Assembly: GCA_030390025.1 (NCBI GenBank)
Contig: CM059432.1
Location: 100,256,001 to 100,320,000 of the forward strand
DNA: 64,000 bases
Reading direction: 5' to 3'
Origin: Squalus acanthias
Lineage: Eukaryota
The translations under genes were made by a program, and so were the position numbers. Shown here in pieces: positions 38,166 to 51,387 of the stretch. Positions within the stretch are counted from its first letter, which is position 1. Each line of letters begins with the position of its first letter. The notes under the pieces were generated by a model. It was not told where the DNA came from. It was given only the letters and a program-made list of their open reading frames with translations, and ran no database searches.

Positions 38166-39205
38166 TCCACCATCCACCATATAGGCTCCAATAGTGTGCA
38201 TTTACATTATTTTCCATTCCGCATTACGTTGGTAGCTCTCCTTAAGTTCTTCCCCCCATCTTTCTATGCCCTTTGGGTTTCTGAGCCAATGCTGATATGC
38301 TCAATAATTCTTATCCATGTAGTTTGGATCCTAACTTGGCAGATGGCCTGCCCTCTGCTCCTGATGAGGCCATGCATGCCATTTAGAAGGACGATGAAAT
38401 CTCAGGCAGAGCCAGAAATTTCAAATGTTGTGAGCAACCATTGCCTATACACATGAATTTCCTGATTGCATGGATATATTTAAAGTCTGTTCAGAAGTTC
38501 TGGTGATCAATCAACTTAACTGCTTCAGAAATGTGAAGCTGATAACACTACAGAGATGTGCTGATTTACTAGTTCTGCCAGGTAAGAATATCAAATTCTT
38601 GACTCTGACCAAAGTGCATTTTACTTTTCAAATAATAATCACTAATAAAATATACAGATTGATTAATATAGTTCCTCACCACTCCTAGGCATTGTTTAAC
38701 AATCAACGTTTGCATCTAAGAACATAAATGTTATTCTGATCATGGTTGATTAAGTTTGTGATCATTTGATTATGACTCAAAATGCTGGTGAATTATAATG
38801 AATTTCTATTATATTTAATTATAATTGCAGCAGGAGGGTAAAGAAGGGGATTATGTTGCCACAAAATGATAATTACTGTTGGTGATAACAGTGGTTGAAT
38901 ACTTAATGGGTTTGTATGAAACCCTTATCCATGCTTTTCTCACTTCTAATCCCAGTTTAACATCTTCCTTGCCAGCCTTCACAAATTCCAACTTGTTCAA
39001 ATCTCAGCTGCCAATAGCCTGCTCTACACTATGTCTACACTCCCCTTCATCACCTATTCTTGATGACCTAAACTGGCTTATCACCCAGTGCATTGAATTT
39101 AAAATCCTTATCCTCATCTTCACATTTCGCAAGGACTCACAGCATCCTACCTCTGTAACCTCCTCCTGCGTTGTGCTCACCGTTCCCTTCAGTCTTCTGA
39201 TTCTG

Positions 39206-42200
39206 ATTGATCTAATATCCATTACAGAGACATGGTTGCAAGGTGACCAAGGTTGGGAACTAAATATTCCAGGGTACTTGACGTTTTGAAAAGACAGAGA
39301 ATGGAAAAGGAAGGGGGGTAGCCCTGAAATTAAAGGATTACATGAGGACAGTAGTGAGAAAGGATCTTGGCTCAGAAGATTGGGAAGTAGAATCAGTATG
39401 GGTGGAGCTAAGAAATAATAAGGGGCAGGAATCACTGGTGGGAGTAGTTTATAGGCCCCCAAACAGTAGCTATACCGTTGGGCAGAGTATTAATCAACAA
39501 ATAATAGGAGCTTGTAACAAAGGTAATACAATAATCATGGGGGACTTTAATCTTCATATAGACTGGGAAAGTTAAATTGGCAAAGGTAGTCTGGAGGACG
39601 GGTTCATGGAATGCATTTGAGACAGTTTCCTGGAACAATACGTCATGGAAGCAAGAAGGGAACAGGCTATTTTGGATCTTGTATTGTGTAATGAGACAGG
39701 GTTAATTAGTAATCTCATAGTAAAGGATCCTCTGGGGAAGAGTGATCATAATATAATAGAATTTCACATTGAGTTTGAAAGTGAAATACTTAAGTCAGAA
39801 ACTAGAGTCTTAAACTTAAATGAAGCCAATAAATAGGTATAAGGGGTGAGTTGGCTAAGGTAGATTGGGAAATTAGATTAAAAGATATGATGGTAGATAA
39901 GCAGTAGCAAAAATTTAAAGACATTGACGTAAGAAAACTACTAGGCACTTGGTCTAAGCGTTAAACAAAGCTTTAATCAACTGTTTTACAACATGGAGAT
40001 GTAGTTGTCCTTCACTAGTTCCTGTTAAAGAATGTCCTGAGCAAGCTGGGCCCATGCCTGAGTATTTATAGTCTCCCTGGACAGCGCCACCAGCAGGCCG
40101 CCCAGTATTATTTCATAAGTCATTTTCCATGAATGACAAGATTCATGTCAGACATATGCCAAAATTCTCAACAAATATACATTCTATTGAGAAATAAAAA
40201 CTCCACAGGAAAAGTGATCCATCCATGGCTAACTAAAGAAGTTAAGGATAGTATTAGATCAAAAGAGACTTATAATGTTGTGAAGAATAGGAGTAAGCCT
40301 GAGGATTGTGAGAGCTTTAGAAAACAGCAAAGGATGACCAAAGAATTGAAAAAAAGTGAGAAAGTAGAATACGAGAGTAAACTAACAAGAAATATAAAAA
40401 CAGAATGTAAGAGCTTCTACAAGAATGTAAAATGGAAGAGAGTAGCAAAAGTAAACACTGGTCCCTTCAAGGCTGAGACAGGAGAAATTATAATGGGGAA
40501 TAAGGAAATGGCAGGGACTTTAAACAAATATTTTGTAACGGTCTGCACAGTAGAAGACACAAAAAGCATACCACAAATAGTGGGAAAACAAGGGGCTAAT
40601 AAGAGTGAGGAACTTAAAGTAATTACTATCAGTAGAGAAAAAGTACTTGAGCAACTAATGGGATTAAAAGCCTACAAATCCCCTGGACCTGATGGTCTAC
40701 ATCCTGGGGTTCTAAAAGAGGTGACTGCAGAGATAGTGGATGCACTGGCTCTGATCTTCCAAAATTCACTAGATTCTAGGACGGTCCCAGCGGATTGGAA
40801 GGTAGCAAATGTAACCCTGCTATTCAAGAAAGGAGGGAGAGAGAAAACAAGGAACTACAGGCCAGTTAGACTGACATTAGTCGTCAGGAAAATGCCAAAA
40901 TGCATTATTGAGGAAGTAGTAACAGGGCATTTAGAAAATCATAATATGATTAGGCAGAGTCAATGTGGTTTTATGAAAGGGAAATCATGTTTAACAAATT
41001 GATTAGAGTTTTTTGAGGATGTAACTAGCAGGATAAAGGGGAACCAGTGGATGTAGTATATTTGGATTTCCAAAAGGCATTCAATAAGGTGCCACACAAA
41101 AGGGTGTTATGCAAGATAAGGCTCATTCTGTTGGGGGTAATATACTAGCATGGATAGAGGATTGGTTAATGGACAGAAAACAGAGAGTAGGGATAAATGG
41201 GTCATTTTCCGGTTGGCAGGCTGTAACTAATGGAGTGCCGCAAGGATCAATGCTTGGGCCTCAGCTATTTACAATTTATATTATTGACTTAGATGAACAG
41301 ATCGAGTGCAATGTATCCAAGTTTGCTGACGATAAAAGCTAGGTGGGAAAGTAAGCTGTAAGGAGGACACAAAGAGCCTGCAAACTAATCCCCAGCTGCC
41401 TGCAGTAAAACCTGCAAAGCAGGTTAAAGTAGAGGCTTCAGGTCTTATTATAATATTTTAAATACCTGGCAGCGGGTTGTCTGCCCGCCCCCGTCCCACC
41501 TGAGTAAAAGGTGAAAGTGGGCGAGATGCAGACGGGTTGGGGTCGGGTTTTAGATTTTTACAACTTTCACTTCACCCCCTCGCCTCCAACCCACCCGTTT
41601 TTTCCTGTGAGAACTCCTGCCAGAAAGTTGGCATGCAGGTACAGCAAGCAATTAGGAAGGCAAATGACATGTTGCCCTTAATTGCAAGGGGGTTGAAGTA
41701 CAAGAGTAAAGAAGTCTGACTACAATTGTGCAGGGCTTTGGTGAGACCACACCTGGAGTACTGTGCACAGTTTTGGTTTCCTTATCTGAGGAAGGACATA
41801 CTTGCTTTAGAGGCGGTGCAACAAAGGTTTACTAGATTGATCCCTGGGATGAGAGGGTTGGCCTATGAGGAGAGATTGAGCCTACACTCTCTGGAGTTTA
41901 GAAGAATGAGAGGTGATCTCATTGAAACATACAAGATTTTGAGGGGTATTGAGAGGATAGATGCCGAGAGGTTGTTTCCCCTGGCTGGAGAGTCTAGAAC
42001 TAGGGGGCATAGTCTCAGTATAAGGGGTTGACTATTTAAGACTGAGATGAGGAGGAATTTCTTCACTCAGAGGGTTGTGAATCTTTGGAATTCTCTACCC
42101 AAAGGGTTGTGGATGCGCAGTCATTGAACATATTCAAGGCTGAGAAAAACAGATGTTTGAACTCTAGGGGATTCAAGGGGTAGGGGATCAGGTGGAAAAG

Positions 42201-42271
42201 TGTAGTTGAGGTCGAAAATCAGCCATGAAGGCCTACTCCTTCTCCTAATTCCTTTGTTCTCATGTTCTTAT
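39206..42271 (+). mobile_element. CR1 LINE relic (duplicate), inserted in an L2 fragment spanning about 38915-44105
   Basis: Copy of 30456-33521; L2-like sequence continues on both sides. Confidence 0.95.
39925..40150 (-). mobile_element. 226-bp solo LTR (duplicate)
   Basis: Copy of 31175-31400 with the GACAT TSD. Confidence 0.85.
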
Positions 42272-42322
42272 GGCCCTCCGTAGTGCAATATCCTTCAACC
42301 ACTTCAGCCATACTCTCTAAAA

Positions 42323-43909
42323 CAGGGGTTCTCAACCTTTTTGCTTCTAAGGCCCCCCTCCCATGTTATAAAAAATTCCACAGACCCCCTGTAACACAAC
42401 ACAGCTATTTTTTTCTGTATAAAATGTCTCTTTGTTCAGCTCCCACTCACAATGTTACTGCTGCTATCCCGGCACTGTAGAGAATACTGGTCCCCACGTC
42501 AATTCCACTCCCTCTTTCCCTCCACATGAGCCCCAATCACCTGACCCCCAGTAACCCTCTTACCACCGACTCCCTCACCAACTGTTCCAGGCACATCAGC
42601 CGTTCCTGGTTCTCTGCTTGATTGTCAGTCAAACAGCCTTTTCTCCCCAATCTCCAATACTTGTATAACTAATAAACAAAAGTGTACAATAAAATGAAAA
42701 AATACAATTCTTTTAAGGCCTGTATGATTTTTCTCCCAAATTGCTCACAGCAGTGTTCAGATTAATCTTTTATTCCTGGCAACTCCAGGACAATCCTGGA
42801 AGATTGAAATCTAAGCTGGAGGCTAACATTGGGTGCGAACAATGCGGTCTGTCTGTGATGTTGTCCTTGGTAGAGCAAGACTGCTAACACTTAAGGTATA
42901 GGCTCGCAGGTGAAGAATGAATGAGGTTAGGCCCCAAAGGGCCGCCAGCACCCTTGTAACTACAGCGTGAGTCAACACTTTGAAGACAGGAAGAGAGTAA
43001 AGGGGGGGGGGGGAATTAGACAGTGCAGAATATTTAAATGAGTTTGCAAACTGCTTCAGTTTTGCTGGTAATAAGTGTGAATCTTAACAATTTCCTAATG
43101 TTGACATATTCCCCACTTCTTCTTAGGCAAAGACAGCGACTCACTGTTTGACCCTAACAGCTCCTTGCAGCTGCCGCCACCTATTTTGTTGCCCCTTTTC
43201 CATTTGATTGACAATCGCGACTGCGCGAATAACAAAAATGGGACAACTGTGAAACAGAACTGACGTATGCGTGCGCGGAGTCGCCATTGACTGATTTCAA
43301 TAGTCCGGGATACTTGAACCGAGTGAGTTATAGTTGCTGCTGGTGACTTATGGCAGTGAGAGGATTCAGGGAGCGAGGGGTGAAAGTAGAGCAACTAGCC
43401 CGGAGGAGGGGGAACAACAACCCATGCAGCGGGGCGTTAGGGCGGGGGCGAGGCAAGAAATGTCGAACCTGGCGAAAGGAGAGCGCAGGACGGAGAGCTC
43501 GAGCCGGGTTATCTGCGCTCAGTGACCAGTGACCGCCGCCTCTCCCTTCTCAGTGAACGGGAGCCTGCGCTCAGTGACCGCCGCCTCTCTCCCTTCTCAG
43601 TGAACGGGAGCCTGCGCTCAGTGACCGCCGCCTCTCTCCCTTCTCAGTGAACGGGAGCCTGCGCTCAGTGACCGCCGCCTCTCTCCCTTCTCAGTGAACG
43701 GGAGCCTGCGCTCAGTGACCGCCGCCGTCCTTGCACAGATGTTCGGGAGGGGTAAACAGAGCTCCGAGTCGGGGCCGGAGCCGCCAGTTTGCTCAGCTCG
43801 ATCCCACCTTTACGCGACAGTGTATTTTTCTTTTTTTTTTAAACCTGATTTTTTTTTAAATCCTGCATCCCTTGAAATATTTTTATGGACCCCTGGTTGA
43901 GAACCCCTG
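42323..43909. mobile_element. Non-autonomous hAT (Charlie-like) element
   Basis: Perfect 15-bp TIR CAGGGGTTCTCAACC; 8-bp flanks CTCTAAAA / CTCGAGCA (5/8 match), resembling the NTCTAGAN target type. Confidence 0.85.
43513..43726 (+). repeat. 47-bp minisatellite, about 4.5 copies
   Basis: Unit CTGCGCTCAGTGACCGCCGCCTCTCTCCCTTCTCAGTGAACGGGAGC starting at 43513 (variant), 43565, 43612, 43659 and 43706 (partial). Confidence 0.95.
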
Positions 43910-45019
43910 CTCGAGCACACCCTGAACCACTCCACTTTTCTCCTGCATTCAAAAACGTTCTTAAAACCCACCTGATTGGCCAAGGTTTTCAGCCACCTCT
44001 CCTGACTCATCCTCCGTAACTTGTCATTCATTCCCTTTATTTATTTACTTATTCTTTTCCCTTCTGTAAAGCACCACGGGACATTTTCTACTTTAAATAT
44101 GCTACAGGGTTATGTTCTGAATGCATGCTGGCAGCGAGGATTCCTTTTTGGCTGAGTTTGCATCACTGATCCCTCAAGAGATAGCTTCAGAATACCCTGA
44201 AGGGTTTATTAATATTGCTTCTAATCGCTTGTTAGAATTGTTTCAAACTGATCTTCAAAGCAGACTGCTTCCTGAGAAGCACGTCAGTGAAGCACTGCAG
44301 GCAAATAGCTTGAACCCCCATATCAAGTATATTCATCTGCACCTGACTCTTAGATACAGCTGGAAATTGGGTAGTAGCAAGATTCATTTAGATGGATTGC
44401 TTATACACAAAACTTTATCTAATGTGTCTGGTAAGAAACCATGCAGGTCTGAAGCATTACCAACAAATAAAGCTTCGTATTCCATGCATCCAGCTGTTTA
44501 AATTTCATCTCAGGATAAACTGGAGCTTTCCCCTGATTAGGGGATCTGTCTATATTTTGGGAATGCAACCAGTAAGTCAGCAGATAGGTGTGAGAACGGA
44601 AACCCTCCTGATATCAATCTGACTTTGACATTACTGTAAGTTACCTGGAACAAAAGGGGTGAATTTGCTTACAATTTTAAGTTCATTAGTGGTGCATAAA
44701 TGGCGCAGGAAATCTGTTCCAGCGGAAGAGCGGGCTGAAGTTGTTTACACCCAATTTCTCCAGTGAAACCCTATCCCCAAGTTCCGTCATGCTTTTTGAA
44801 TCGTCGTGTTATCTGCCCGCTGAAATCTGACTCACCTTATTTGCATATGTCAAATTAAGAGCCAGTGGTGCAGCAGCTTTGAGTTTGCTGGTTTTACGCT
44901 CCTATTGAAATCTGGGTAACAGAGAGATTTATAAGGCATTGCCACTGATCAAAATGGAAATTAGGAATTTCTGAGCTTGAAGAGACTGGAGAGTTTGAAT
45001 AACAATTTCTACAGCTGGG

Positions 45020-46395
45020 AAATCATAGAATCATGAGGCGCGAAATTCGGCTGCTTTGCGCCTGCCGTTAGCACCTCCATGGGGTGCTAACAGGGCGCAA
45101 ATGGGTTTTCGCCCGGGCATGCGATATTAGCACTAAGAGTTAGTGCCCCGCTTGGCCGCACCCGGCGATGATGACATCATCGCCATGCGCAGCGCCCCGG
45201 ATGCAAAATTCGGCTGCGACCCCTCACTAACAATGACAGTATCAGCTGTCGAGTTGCAGTCGGGAGTCGGCTCCGTGCGCGCTGTTTAAAGGTGCCATCT
45301 TGGGGAAACTTTTTTATCGGCTATAACTACTGAGACAGTGTCAGACAAGCTGCTGAACATATCCAATTTCACATCGCTGAATCGAGTAGCCCTCTCCCTT
45401 GCAGCAGCCATGGTACAGAGCTGTCTCAGTAGCTGAGAGGTCGCACTCAAGAGCAGCAATGCTGATAATGAGCAGCTGCAGCTTGAAATTACCTCCCCTT
45501 CAAGAGCTGGAATAAGCTGGAGTCAAGGCTTGAAGGCTGATTGCTGAATGCAAGTCAGCTAAAATTGGGTAACGCTCTGGCAATAGTGTCCCTGCAGCGC
45601 TCCACTGAAACCATTAGTACCTCATTTACCGCTCCGCTTCACTCCTCGGGCGAAAACGCCCAATTTTGCAACATTTTTCAATGGATTTCGCCGGGCGCTA
45701 ACTTATCAAAAAGTTAAAAGTTAGTGCCCCAAATGGGGCGCTACTGAATTTCACGCTCATAAAATCATAGAATGGTTACAGCACAGAAGGAGGCCATTCG
45801 GCCCGTTGAGCCCATGCCAGCTCTCTGCAAGAGCACTTCAGCTAATCCCACTCCCCCGCCCTTTCCCCGTAGCCCTGCAAAAAAATTTCCTTCAGGTACT
45901 TATCCAATATCCTTTTGAAAGCCACGATTAAATCTGCAAGTCCCTCATCACTGGAATCATTCTTGTAAATCTTTTCTGCACCTTCTCTAAGGCCTTCACA
46001 TCCTTCCTAAAGTGCGGTGCCCAGAATTGGACACAATACTCCATTTGAGGCCAAACCAGTGTTTTATACAGGTTCATCATAACTTCCTTGCTTTTGTACT
46101 CTATACCTCTATTCATGAAGCCCAGGATCCCGTATGCTTTTTTAACCGCTTTCTCAACCTGCCTTGCCACCTTCAATGATTTGTGCACATATACCCCCAG
46201 GTCTCTGTGTTTAAACACCCCCTTTAGAATTGTACCCTTTAGTTTATATTGCCTCTCCTCGTTCCTCCTACCAAAATGCATCACTTTGCATTTTTCTGCA
46301 TTAAATTTCATCTGTCACGTGTCCTCCCATTCCACCAGCCTGTCTGTCTGTCTTGAAGTCTATCACTATCCTCCTCACTGTTCACTATACTTCCA
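45020..46395 (-). mobile_element. CR1 3' fragment (internally deleted), tail interrupted by a MITE
   Basis: MKFNAEKCKVMHFG...LYKTLVWPQMEYCVQFWAP; (ATTCTATG)n-type tail. Confidence 0.9.
45035..45757 (-). mobile_element. MITE related to family A, reverse orientation
   Basis: GCGCGAAATTC / GAATTTCACGC ends, CAT on both flanks; subterminal AGTAGCGCCCCATTTGGGGCACTAA on the minus strand. Confidence 0.75.
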
Positions 46396-47429
46396 AGATG
46401 ACTTTTGAAGTGTTTTTTTTCTTGCCATTTAACCTACAGACACCTGCACTTGCCTTTCACTGCTTCTGATAGGGTCAGAACACCGGCAGATTTTTGCCTC
46501 ACCTCCCCACCAAACCCGACCCTCTTCTTACAGTGAGGGCTTCTCAGGAGCAGCTATGGCAGAGCCAATGTCCATACCCTTGTATGTTGAGATTCAGTGT
46601 CAGAATCAATTTGGACTGTCATCTGTTCTGGACCTAAGGCAACTGTTTTAGGTGATGGTAGAGACAGTATCATGAGGGATGTAATTTCATTTGCACCAAT
46701 CATGACTAAAATATTTGACTTCTCTACTATCATTTGCTTGGCAATTGAACTAACTTTGACAGGCTGGATGAAGTCATGCAGGGCTAGAGATCCACGCTGT
46801 CTTCTCCCAAACCTTGTGCACCAACACAAAATATGACTCAACTGGTAGATCATTAAAAAAGTGATCTGTCATATGTTGCCTGCATGTGATTGACTTTCTG
46901 TCTGACCTACGATAAAGGACAGCTTCTGCATTGAGGTAGATTCTCAGCTTTCTCTGCACTACATTTTTGTAGCTGGGATTTTCTCCCAGTCATTAAGTCA
47001 ATAGTAGCAACTCCTTCTGCTCAGTTCGCAGCAGTCTCTACACTTAGAAAAGTTGTATAGCAATGGAAGTTTGGTTTTATGTTCACTTGTAAGGATCCAT
47101 GGCAATCAATGCAAGTACTAATGCTAGCAGGGGCTGGTACCCTCATTGGGGCCAACTGAATTTGGTCCAATCAAAGTAGAATGGAAAAACACAATGGAAG
47201 AATTTTGTAGTACAAAAGTAAATGACCAATTTTGAAGAAAATTTCATGCTGAAGAACCAACAAAGAACAGGTGAGAACCAGAACTACTTGGTAGCATATA
47301 GAAGACCTATAAACTGGTGATTAAAAAACACCTAGAGTGTGAATTTCTTAAAGTGTTCCAGAAAATCTCCAGTGGAATGGTACTATTTTATTTGCACACT
47401 GTGGTCAAATCAAGAAGTATACTTTCAAG

Positions 47430-47890
47430 TAATGTCATCGTATGTGACTGTGACCATGGTAAACTATCCCCATAATCCTTTTCGACCTTTCTTCAACCTT
47501 TGACACCATCCTCCTCCAACGCCTCTCCTCCGTTGTGCGGCTGGATGGGATTACCTTCGCCTGGTTTCATTCCTATCTATCCAGTCATAGCCAGAGAATC
47601 ACCTGCAATGGTTTCTCTTCCCACTCCCGCACCGTTATCTCTGGAGAACCCCAAGGATCTGTCCTTGGTCCCCTCCTATTTTTTCATGTACCTGTTGCCC
47701 CTCGGCTGCATCATCCGAAAACACAAGGTCAGGTTCCACATGAAGCCAATTACATTCAGTTCCAACTCACCACCAACTCGCTCAACCCATCCACTACCTC
47801 TGATTTTTCACACTGCTTGTCCAACATCCAGTATTGGATGAGCAGAAATTTCCTCAAATTAAATATTGGGAAGAACAAAGCCATTGTCTT
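47430..47890 (+). mobile_element. L2 RT fragment
   Basis: WFHSYLS...GEPQGSVLGPLLF...WMSRNFLKLNIGK. Confidence 0.85.
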
Positions 47891-50800
47891 TGTGTTGTCC
47901 CCAGGACTTGGATCCAGTGCCGCAAAATGTTTAATGACCTTACACGATTGGTCAAGGTGAGTGAAAGCATCATCAAATGCCATATCCCACCATCTGCACC
48001 ACAAGACTTACACACTGCTTAATGCACCACACCCCCATCACTCACCTACCAACAATCTCTAGCACTCATCACTCACACCTCACAATCATAGCTTCATCTC
48101 ACCCTCACACACTTACCACTGCTGCAAGACTCACATCCACATCTCACACCTTGCACACACTGCCAGCTATTCAACCATGGCAGACACATCACCCAAACAC
48201 ATTGCACCACACTCACTGACACACTTCCCTTTCTCTTACAGGCAAAGGATGTTCATAACCCCCAGGAGCAGCAGCAGACGAGTGGAGCGGAAGCCCGTCT
48301 GCAGAACCTGACAGCTGGAGGAAGCAGTGCTGGAGATCATTGGAGGGGAAAACACAGAGTCCGTGGTGATCAGGGAAGTTGAAAGCATTGCTGAAGATGA
48401 CAATATGCTCATATCTAATCCTTCTTCTCACATCCCACTTCCCCCTCATCCCACTTCCCCCTCATCCTACAATCTCTTCTCATTTACCAGCTGCTGATGG
48501 TGCATGCATGGATATCTTACTTTCCCCCTCCCCCACCACAACATGACCCTTGTGCCTTTCTCCTTTCAGATACCTAATAACTCCAACCTGGCCAGCTAGC
48601 CCCCGAAGTGATGGAGGAGGACAGTGAAGGAGGAGTAGAAGACACACCATCACTGCATCTGACATTCGCAGGCACCAGCTCAGAAAATGACACTGCGTGG
48701 AATTTAGAAGGTATTATAGAGGTGAGCCCTGCACATAGTGAATCACTGGGCATGAGTGGGCTGCAGCCAGGCCAGGGAGAAAGGGTAGCTCAGGTGTCAG
48801 CTCCCCGAGGGCCGGTTCATGCATGAGTTCTGCTGCACAGGACTCAGATGATAGCCTTGATGGGCATGCACACAGAAATGCTAGGTGCAATGGCAAGGCT
48901 GCCAGAGAGTCTCTTGTCAGTGTCAAGGAGCATGGAGGAGACCATCTCCAACATTGGATGGGGCTTTGCACAGAGCTTGGAGCCCATGATTTCCAGGATG
49001 GAAATGATGGACAACTCCAAGAGAGACCTTGTGGACCCAGCCATGATGCTGCGTGTAATGGATGATGTTGCAGCTTCCATTGCAGCACAGGCGGAAGTGA
49101 CCCAACCTCTCAGTGCTGCAGTGGAAGCTCAGACTGCTGCCATCATGGCTGGGTTTACGAGTGTGGAAAGGGGCTTGTAGGGTCTCAGCACTCCAGAAAT
49201 CTGTCCCCGAACAGATGGCTAGGAATGCTGATGCGCTGCCCCAGGGGAGTGGCAGTGGCTCCATGGAGCAAGAACCTGCTGTTCTCTCTCAGAATGACAG
49301 CATTGGTACTTCCACCACTGCCACTCCGCCAGGGGACTTGCTGCTGCCTGTCAGCCAGCCAGCCCAGACTGCTGCCGCCCATGCCGAGGTAGTGCAGTCA
49401 ACAGCCGGGCCTTCTAGGCTCAGAGCTGCTCGAGGTTGTCCTGTAAGGCATCTGCAGTCTCCCCCACTGAAAGTCAACAGCCTTCTATCAGTCATTATGT
49501 AGCCATTGGGGGTGCACTTCGTAGAAGCGCGAGAGTAGGAAAAGCAACACCAAAGACAGACACTAAGGGAATGCACAAGGGTGATTAGTTGATTTTGTTA
49601 TTTTCATTTCGATTTGATAAATTTATAAATGATGTTTGTTTTCTGGTGGCTCTCATTTCAGCTTTGTGCCCAGGAGGATGCTGTGATGTTCCGTGACAGA
49701 GGGATGTTAAGATGGGGAAGTGGTGAGCAACGGGGATCTGTAGTTTCATTCATTGGAACCAGAGTCTGATGAGGCGCTCACGTACAGCCCGTCCAGATCA
49801 GGGATCTGCTGCCTGCCTCTTCCTCTTCCTTCTCCTCCGCCTCTTCCTCCTCTTCCTTCTCCTCCTCTTCCTCCTCCTCCTGAGGTGGTCCCGTAATCCA
49901 TGGTGGCAAGGGCTGTGCCCTCATGGTGACCAAGTTGTGGAGCATGCAGCAGACCCCCCACTAAATGGGACACCTGCTCCGGTGAGTACTGGAGGGCTCC
50001 TCCCAAGCGGCCAAGGAAGCTGAACCGCTGCTTGAACACCCCGATGGTCTGCTCAATGAGGTTCCTTGTGGCAGCATGGCTCTCATTATATGATTGCTGA
50101 CCACGAGTGGTGGGGTTGCGGAGGAGAGTCATCACCCAGGTGCAGAGCGGATAGCCCTTGTCTCCTAGCAGCCACCCTCGGGTATGACGTGGTGGCTGGA
50201 AGATTGCTGGCACACCGGACTAGCGCAGGACGAAGGCATCGTGACTGCTGCCAGGATAACGGGCATTCACCATCATGATGCACTGGGTGTGGTCGCACAC
50301 CAACGGCACATTAAGTGAGTGGTAGCCTTTGCGGTTACGGAACATCTCAGGATTGGTATGTGGTGCCTGCAAAGCCACATGGGTGCAGTCGATGGCGCCC
50401 TGCACCGTGGGGAAGCATGATATCCTGACAAAGCCACATGCGCGCTCCTCCTGCTTCTCTCTGTTCAGAGAGAAGACAATGAAGTCCCTTCTCCTAGAGT
50501 ACAGAGCATCTGTGACCGCCCGGATACAGCGATGGACGGCGAACTGGGAGATATTAGTTATGTCTCCTGCTCCAGACTGGTATGATCCGGTGGCAAAAAA
50601 ATTGAGGGTCACGGTGACCTTGAGGGCCACTTGCAGAGCCGTCATCACTATGCTCTGAGGCTGCAGGTCTGGTTGCAGGAGGTGGCAGAGTTCTGTGACC
50701 ACCTCCTTGGTGAAATGGAGCCTCCTAATACACTGCTCCTGGCTTAAGTGCAGGTAGGAGCAGTGCTCTTGGAAGACTCTAGGTGGGTAAGGCCACCTGC

Positions 50801-51387
50801 TGAGAGCTCTCCTCCTCCTCCCTCTGTGAGTATCTTGTCCTCTGCTACACTACCTCTGCTCCATCTCCCTGTCATACTCGATTGCAATGGGGACTGCAAG
50901 TAGAGCCCCCATGACTGGGAGCAAGTGGTTTGAGCAGAAGCCTTTAAATGAAAAGCAAGGCATTCTCCACTTGTAGCACACTCCCTGTCACCTCACCAAC
51001 TTTAAACAACTCTAGAAAGTTCCAAACATTTGCACAAACTTACACAGAGCCAGTAGAAATGAGAAAGCAAGTCAGCTGCAAGTTGTTGATGATCCCTTTA
51101 AATAGTGCTGGTGTGGGGTCCTTCCTGCTGCCGAACATATGGTAACTGTTCATGATTTGGAGAGGGCATTGAATGGAGTGGTGGCATCCAAAATAGCAGA
51201 TCGTGCGTCAAATCAGCGTTGCACTCTCATTGATGTCACGATCTGCCTCATTTCCATTTTTGCAGTCAGCGCAGGCAATAGCAGCACTGCTGACCTGCCC
51301 AAAATGGCAGCCGCCGCGGAACCCACCACCATTTTTTCTTCCAAGCTGGCCTTAACAGCCGGCGCTAAAGGCCCAATTTCCCAGTCC
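47891..51387. mobile_element. Left-truncated Harbinger element of a distinct family
   Basis: Myb relic on + (RTWIQCRKMFNDLTRLVK|gtgagt, to about 49590), transposase relic on -, right end ...AATTTCCCAGTCC|TAG. Confidence 0.88.
49746..50912 (-). pseudogene. Harbinger transposase relic
   Basis: [28 protein letters not shown] and IEQTIGVFKQRF; in-frame stops. Confidence 0.92.

Larger units (their letters stand above)
24852..42351 (+). repeat. Direct tandem duplication, 2 x 8,750 bp
   Basis: Every ORF inside 24852-33601 recurs with identical translation at +8750; junction ...TTCTAAG[GC]TGAGTAC with GC microhomology. Confidence 0.97.

Noticed and set aside
43513..43726. Regular repeats resembling a CRISPR array
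   Set aside because: Units are contiguous and identical with no unique spacers; vertebrate context and no cas genes. It is a minisatellite.
46554..47060. Possible decayed coding sequence on the minus strand (ILVMIGANEI, weakly SGNH-like)
   Set aside because: A single short motif in fragmented frames; cannot be assigned without a search.
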